Shown here one piece after another: positions 10,992 through 14,849 of a stretch of 14,849 nt of DNA. A model generated the notes under the pieces. It was not told the origin of the DNA. It did no database searches and saw nothing but the letters and a program-made list of their open reading frames with translations. Source of the stretch: Bugula neritina (Eukaryota > Animalia > Bryozoa). Position numbers and translations under genes: made by a program. The stretch spans positions 1 to 14,849 of the forward strand of contig CAXIUT010000240.1 of NCBI GenBank assembly GCA_964035545.1, written 5' to 3'. Numbering within the stretch: the stretch's first letter is position 1; the number at the start of each line of letters is the position of its first letter.

Positions 10992-11774
10992 ATGTCGTAA
11001 ACTTCCAGCTACAGCTCAGATTAAAGCTACGGATGGATCAGTTGGTTCTGCAACCTAGAAGACCATCAATTCTTTTGCAGAGTTGATTAGTAATACATCA
11101 AAGATAGCTTCAACCTCTATGGACTCAAAAATATGTTCGACCACTACAAGTATCATCCATCTAATCCAGTGACGCACTAGAAATGATACTAAGACCAGAT
11201 CCTCCTTAAGATTAATAACTATAAGACTAAAGGTATCAGCAACAATACTCAGATATCTGTCAATATACCAAGAAGCCACCGATATTTATGGACTTATCCA
11301 TGCTCGTTACATCGTCAGTCCAAGAGGTCTAGCTATAATGAAATAAAAATACCTCAAAGGATCATTTGGAGTCTGCCCACGAGTCCTTTGCGACAGACAA
11401 CCCACTCTACCTATCGGCATGAGTGAATAAATCAGAACATCTAGGGTCAAAATATTTTGTCCTAAATGCCAAGAAGTCTACATTCCCAAAAAGAAATGTC
11501 ATGATATCGATGGTGCCTATTTCGGTTGCTCTTTTCCCAATATTCTGTTATTAGTACATAGAATGATATTCAGATCTACCCATAATTAGTACCTAAAAAT
11601 GGAGAGACACAGTATGTTCCTAAAATATATGGATTTAGAGTCTACGGACGCAAAGGTTCAAAATACTAGAAAAAGTAAGATAAAAAAGAATTAACATATT
11701 ACACACAGTAATAACTTAAAAAAATAAAAACAAGAAACGATCCTAAAGATAAAAACGAAAGATAACTAAAATGA
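10992..11774 (+). CDS. CKB: Casein kinase II regulatory (beta) subunit, 240 aa, three 20-nt introns
   Basis: WISWFC...VDEEYIKDSFNLYGL; YGLIHARYI; FGVCPRVLC; KIFCPKCQEVY; IDGAYFG; YVPKIYGFRV. Confidence 0.97.
11150..11169 (+). other. 20-nt spliceosomal intron
   Basis: gtatcatccatctaatccag; restores HYNDALEMIL. Confidence 0.9.
11233..11252 (+). other. 20-nt spliceosomal intron
   Basis: gtatcagcaacaatactcag; restores LEDERYLSIYQEA. Confidence 0.9.
11554..11573 (+). other. 20-nt spliceosomal intron
   Basis: gtacatagaatgatattcag; restores FPNILLLIYPEL. Confidence 0.9.
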
Positions 11775-11987
11775 TACTATTAATATAAAAAAAAATATTT
11801 TCAATAACTAAAACCATTTGAAAAATATAAATATAAAAGAATAAATATACTTATCTTAATATTGAAAATATTTTGATCAACTTTTATATTAATATTAGTA
11901 ATAGTATCATATAGATATCAATTCAACTGATAAACACTAAATTTCAGAGCCTAACATATTTCAAGTTCTAATCTCTAGATTATAAAA

Positions 11988-13219
11988 ATGTTAGCATTCA
12001 AAAACAAAGAGAAAATAGCCAAAATAAGAATAAAAGTCAACACATGGCACAAAGATTCTCATAGTCTATATGACTATTAATCAAATAAAGTCATTGAAAT
12101 CAAAAAATAATTTAGTCTTACAACCAAATGGGTCAATATCTACAGAAGAAAAAGTAGTAAAAATTGTTTCTAACAAAGTTGTGAAATATAAATGGTAGAT
12201 TCGGAAACTTAAAACAAAGCAAAACTTTCAAATTTTGATTTTATTGCTCATTGCTAACTATAACTGATCAAACCATTCGGAGTCAGGTTATCATTAGTCA
12301 GTCCTTCAGTGTATAAAGACAGCATCAAATAATAAAACAATTAAAAATAAAATACGAATGAATCTATCGATATTTTAGAACAAAAATAATAAAAACCATA
12401 CTTTATCGTCAATAGAAACATGAACCAATATAATCTTAATGCAGGATACTAACTATGTACTTTTTGTATTATTCAGATCCAGGAATGACCCTCAAATTAG
12501 GCAGAATAAACTACATGGTTACCTAATACTACAATGGCACTTCTAAAAAGATCAAACCTTTGTCAAGAAATCATAATTATTTTAACAAAGATGTCTTCAA
12601 ATGCGATCAACTAACTTAAAAAAATAGAAATCAATGCAAAATATGTTTAGATTAAAAATAATAAGAAGAAAACTTCCTCTTCAATCCCTGCAAATGCAAC
12701 GGCTCATGCGGAACAGTACACTTCTAATGCCTAACATAATGGATACAAATCAAAATAAAAAAAGATGTAGTAGGAGGCACCAAACATTACAACCTCACGA
12801 AATTCGAATGCTAAGTCTGCAAAAGTGAACTACCAGGTTACATATAAATCAAAACCATATATGGAGATATAATCAACAAAGAACTAATAACCATCGACCG
12901 ACCCTAAGAAGGAAAATATATCATTTTAGAAGGAGCATGCTAAAAATAAAAAAATATAATGATTATCCAGAACCCTCCTTAAACTGGTATCAAATTAGGT
13001 CGAGGACATGAATGCTAAATAAGAATAGCTGATATTTCAGTATCAAGAAAACACGCGTACATCAAAAGCACTAGAGATCAATTTTTTGTTCATGATAACA
13101 ATTCTAAATTTGGAACTTTAGTTCGACAAGATAAGATGGCATTTTAGTTAAAGAAATAATTTGAGAAGAAATCTATACAAATCGGAAGAAGTATACTTTA
13201 ATTTGCAATAATGAAATGA
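11988..13219 (+). CDS. RING-CH (RINGv, C4HC3) plus FHA domain protein, 403 aa; putative E3 ligase
   Basis: CKICLD...PCKCNGSCGTVHFECLTEWI...CEVCK, then FHA LGRGHECEIRIADISVSRKHA...DNNSKFGTLV; intron 12457-12476. Confidence 0.93.
12457..12476 (+). other. 20-nt spliceosomal intron
   Basis: gtactttttgtattattcag; restores GYELYPGMTLKLGR. Confidence 0.88.
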
Positions 13220-13283
13220 TCAACTACTATTATCATATTACTTTTTACTTATAAAAAACTAATTAAAGTTATACTCAATTATA

Positions 13284-14255
13284 TCATGATTTCAAAATCC
13301 TAATTTTAGGTTTCTTTTTCATAATGATCTCATGTCTTTGCTTTCCTATCATCTAGATAGGTTCAATTATCTTCTAGTTAGTGTATTCTACTATTCCTGA
13401 TCTGTTGGAAATGTCTATCTGCTACCAAGCTCCATAAGAATTACCTTTATGTTGAACTTTCTAAAAAGGAACCTTCTTTTAATGCACTTTGATCTTTACT
13501 TATTATTTTAATTATTCCTGAATACTCCTCCTCGAAGGAGGTTCACATTTTTTACCTTCTATTTTATTCAACTTTTGATTCGCTTACAATTTGTTCTAAG
13601 ATAAATTTCTTTTATTATTTCTATATTTTTTCAACCTTTCTCTCTAAATTTCCATTCTAATCGAAGCTTTACTAAGCAAAGCATCCAATTTTTATAATCT
13701 ATTTGGAGCTAGAAAAGATATTTAATCCTTTAAAGAATGATTCCCTTCATTCTTATTTTCTATTTTCTACTCTTTAGTAATATTTACTACATAGTTATTA
13801 CCAATTTATATTTTACTAACTTTCTTTATCGAATAATTATGAACCATAGGAAGCGGTCTTTTCTCTTAAGAAGTCTTAATTTTCCTATCAATATCCAATG
13901 ATCTAAAAAGCTATTGATCTTTATCACAATATAAACTCTCTTTCGAAAGATCAGTGATCATCTTTTTAACAGGTTTCCTTTTCTGATAAATATACACCCT
14001 TGATCGATTAACAAAAGAATCCACATTGCTCTTATGATTCAACTTCATGTTCTAATCATTAAACGAATAATCAATTTGACTCTGACAGTTTCTTTGCATA
14101 TGTTGATATTATGACTATGACGACTTAGTATGATTAAATTGAGGTCTGCTTCGTGATCTTTACTTTCTATAAGATACTGTTTTAGTTTTTAATGCTTTTT
14201 ATTCTCTTGTTGTTATTGTACTGAATAAATGATCTCGCTATTTTTTGTTCTTCAT
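13284..14255 (-). CDS. Hypothetical Lys-rich protein, 323 aa
   Basis: Uninterrupted ATG-to-TGA frame of 324 codons with TAR=Glu (MKNKKERDHLFST...KKKPKIRILKS*), converging on the RING-CH/FHA gene with a 64-nt gap. Confidence 0.75.
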
Positions 14256-14309
14256 CGAGGATAATAAAATAATTATTCCTCTTATTATAACAAAATTGAT
14301 TATTCTTCA

Positions 14310-14517
<208 letters not shown>

Positions 14518-14663
14518 GGGGTTGGGGTTGGGGTTGGGGTTGGGGTTGGGGTTGGGGTTGGGGTTGGGGTTGGGGTTGGGGTTGGGGTTGGGGGGTTGGG
14601 GTTGGGGTTGGGGTTGGGGTTGGGGTTGGGGTTGGGGTTGGGGTTGGGGGGTTGGGGTTGGGG
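14518..14663 (+). repeat. Internal/subterminal (TTGGGG)n tract, 146 nt, with two G6 variants
   Basis: T2G4 array with G6 runs at 14590-14595 and 14646-14651, followed by 111 nt of unique sequence. Confidence 0.93.
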
Positions 14664-14774
14664 ATAATAGATTGATTTTGAATATAAAATATTTTTCTAA
14701 AGAATAATCTGGGATTAATACTATTTGAATAAATAAAATAAGACTAAATATAAAATAATCAATCAATCAATTTA

Positions 14775-14849
14775 GGGGTTGGGGTTGGGGTTGGGGTTGG
14801 GGTTGGGGTTGGGGTTGGGGTTGGGGTTGGGGTTGGGGTTGGGGTTGGG
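14775..14849 (+). repeat. Right telomere, (TTGGGG)n
   Basis: Perfect T2G4 array at the contig end, in the orientation expected for a 3' end. Confidence 0.97.

Noticed and set aside
3218-12828. Track ORFs 3218-3400, 3575-3772, 5784-5990, 9896-10255, 11055-11279 and 12634-12828
   Set aside because: They are antisense or off-frame to longer genes (or, for 5784-5990, to a weak candidate) once TAR=Glu is applied, and they end at codons that are mostly not stops in this code.
3203-14255. Standard ciliate code (TAR=Gln), split UAA=Lys/UAG=Glu code, or mass pseudogenisation
   Set aside because: TAA and TAG both fall on invariant Glu positions, and the frames are otherwise intact.

Overview
Eukaryotic, AT-rich, gene-dense ciliate macronuclear-type contig. 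It has (CCCCAA)n at the left end, (TTGGGG)n at the right end, and two further internal (TTGGGG)n tracts. The supplied ORF track misses most genes because TAA and TAG are both read as glutamate and TGA is the only stop. This is the peritrich-type code (NCBI table 30), shown by invariant motifs such as Rab WDTAGQ[TAA]KF and YF[TAG]TSAK. Retranslating by hand gives about 13 genes: tetra-ubiquitin, RPL29, a Rab-like GTPase, TFIIS, CK2 beta, a RING-CH/FHA protein, a divergent P-loop protein, a multipass membrane protein, two tandem paralogues with an RVxF-type motif, and several hypotheticals. All 11 introns I could infer are exactly 20 nt and begin GTA, and 10 of 11 have an A six nt from the 3' end. 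All translations and alignments were done by eye, with no database searches.
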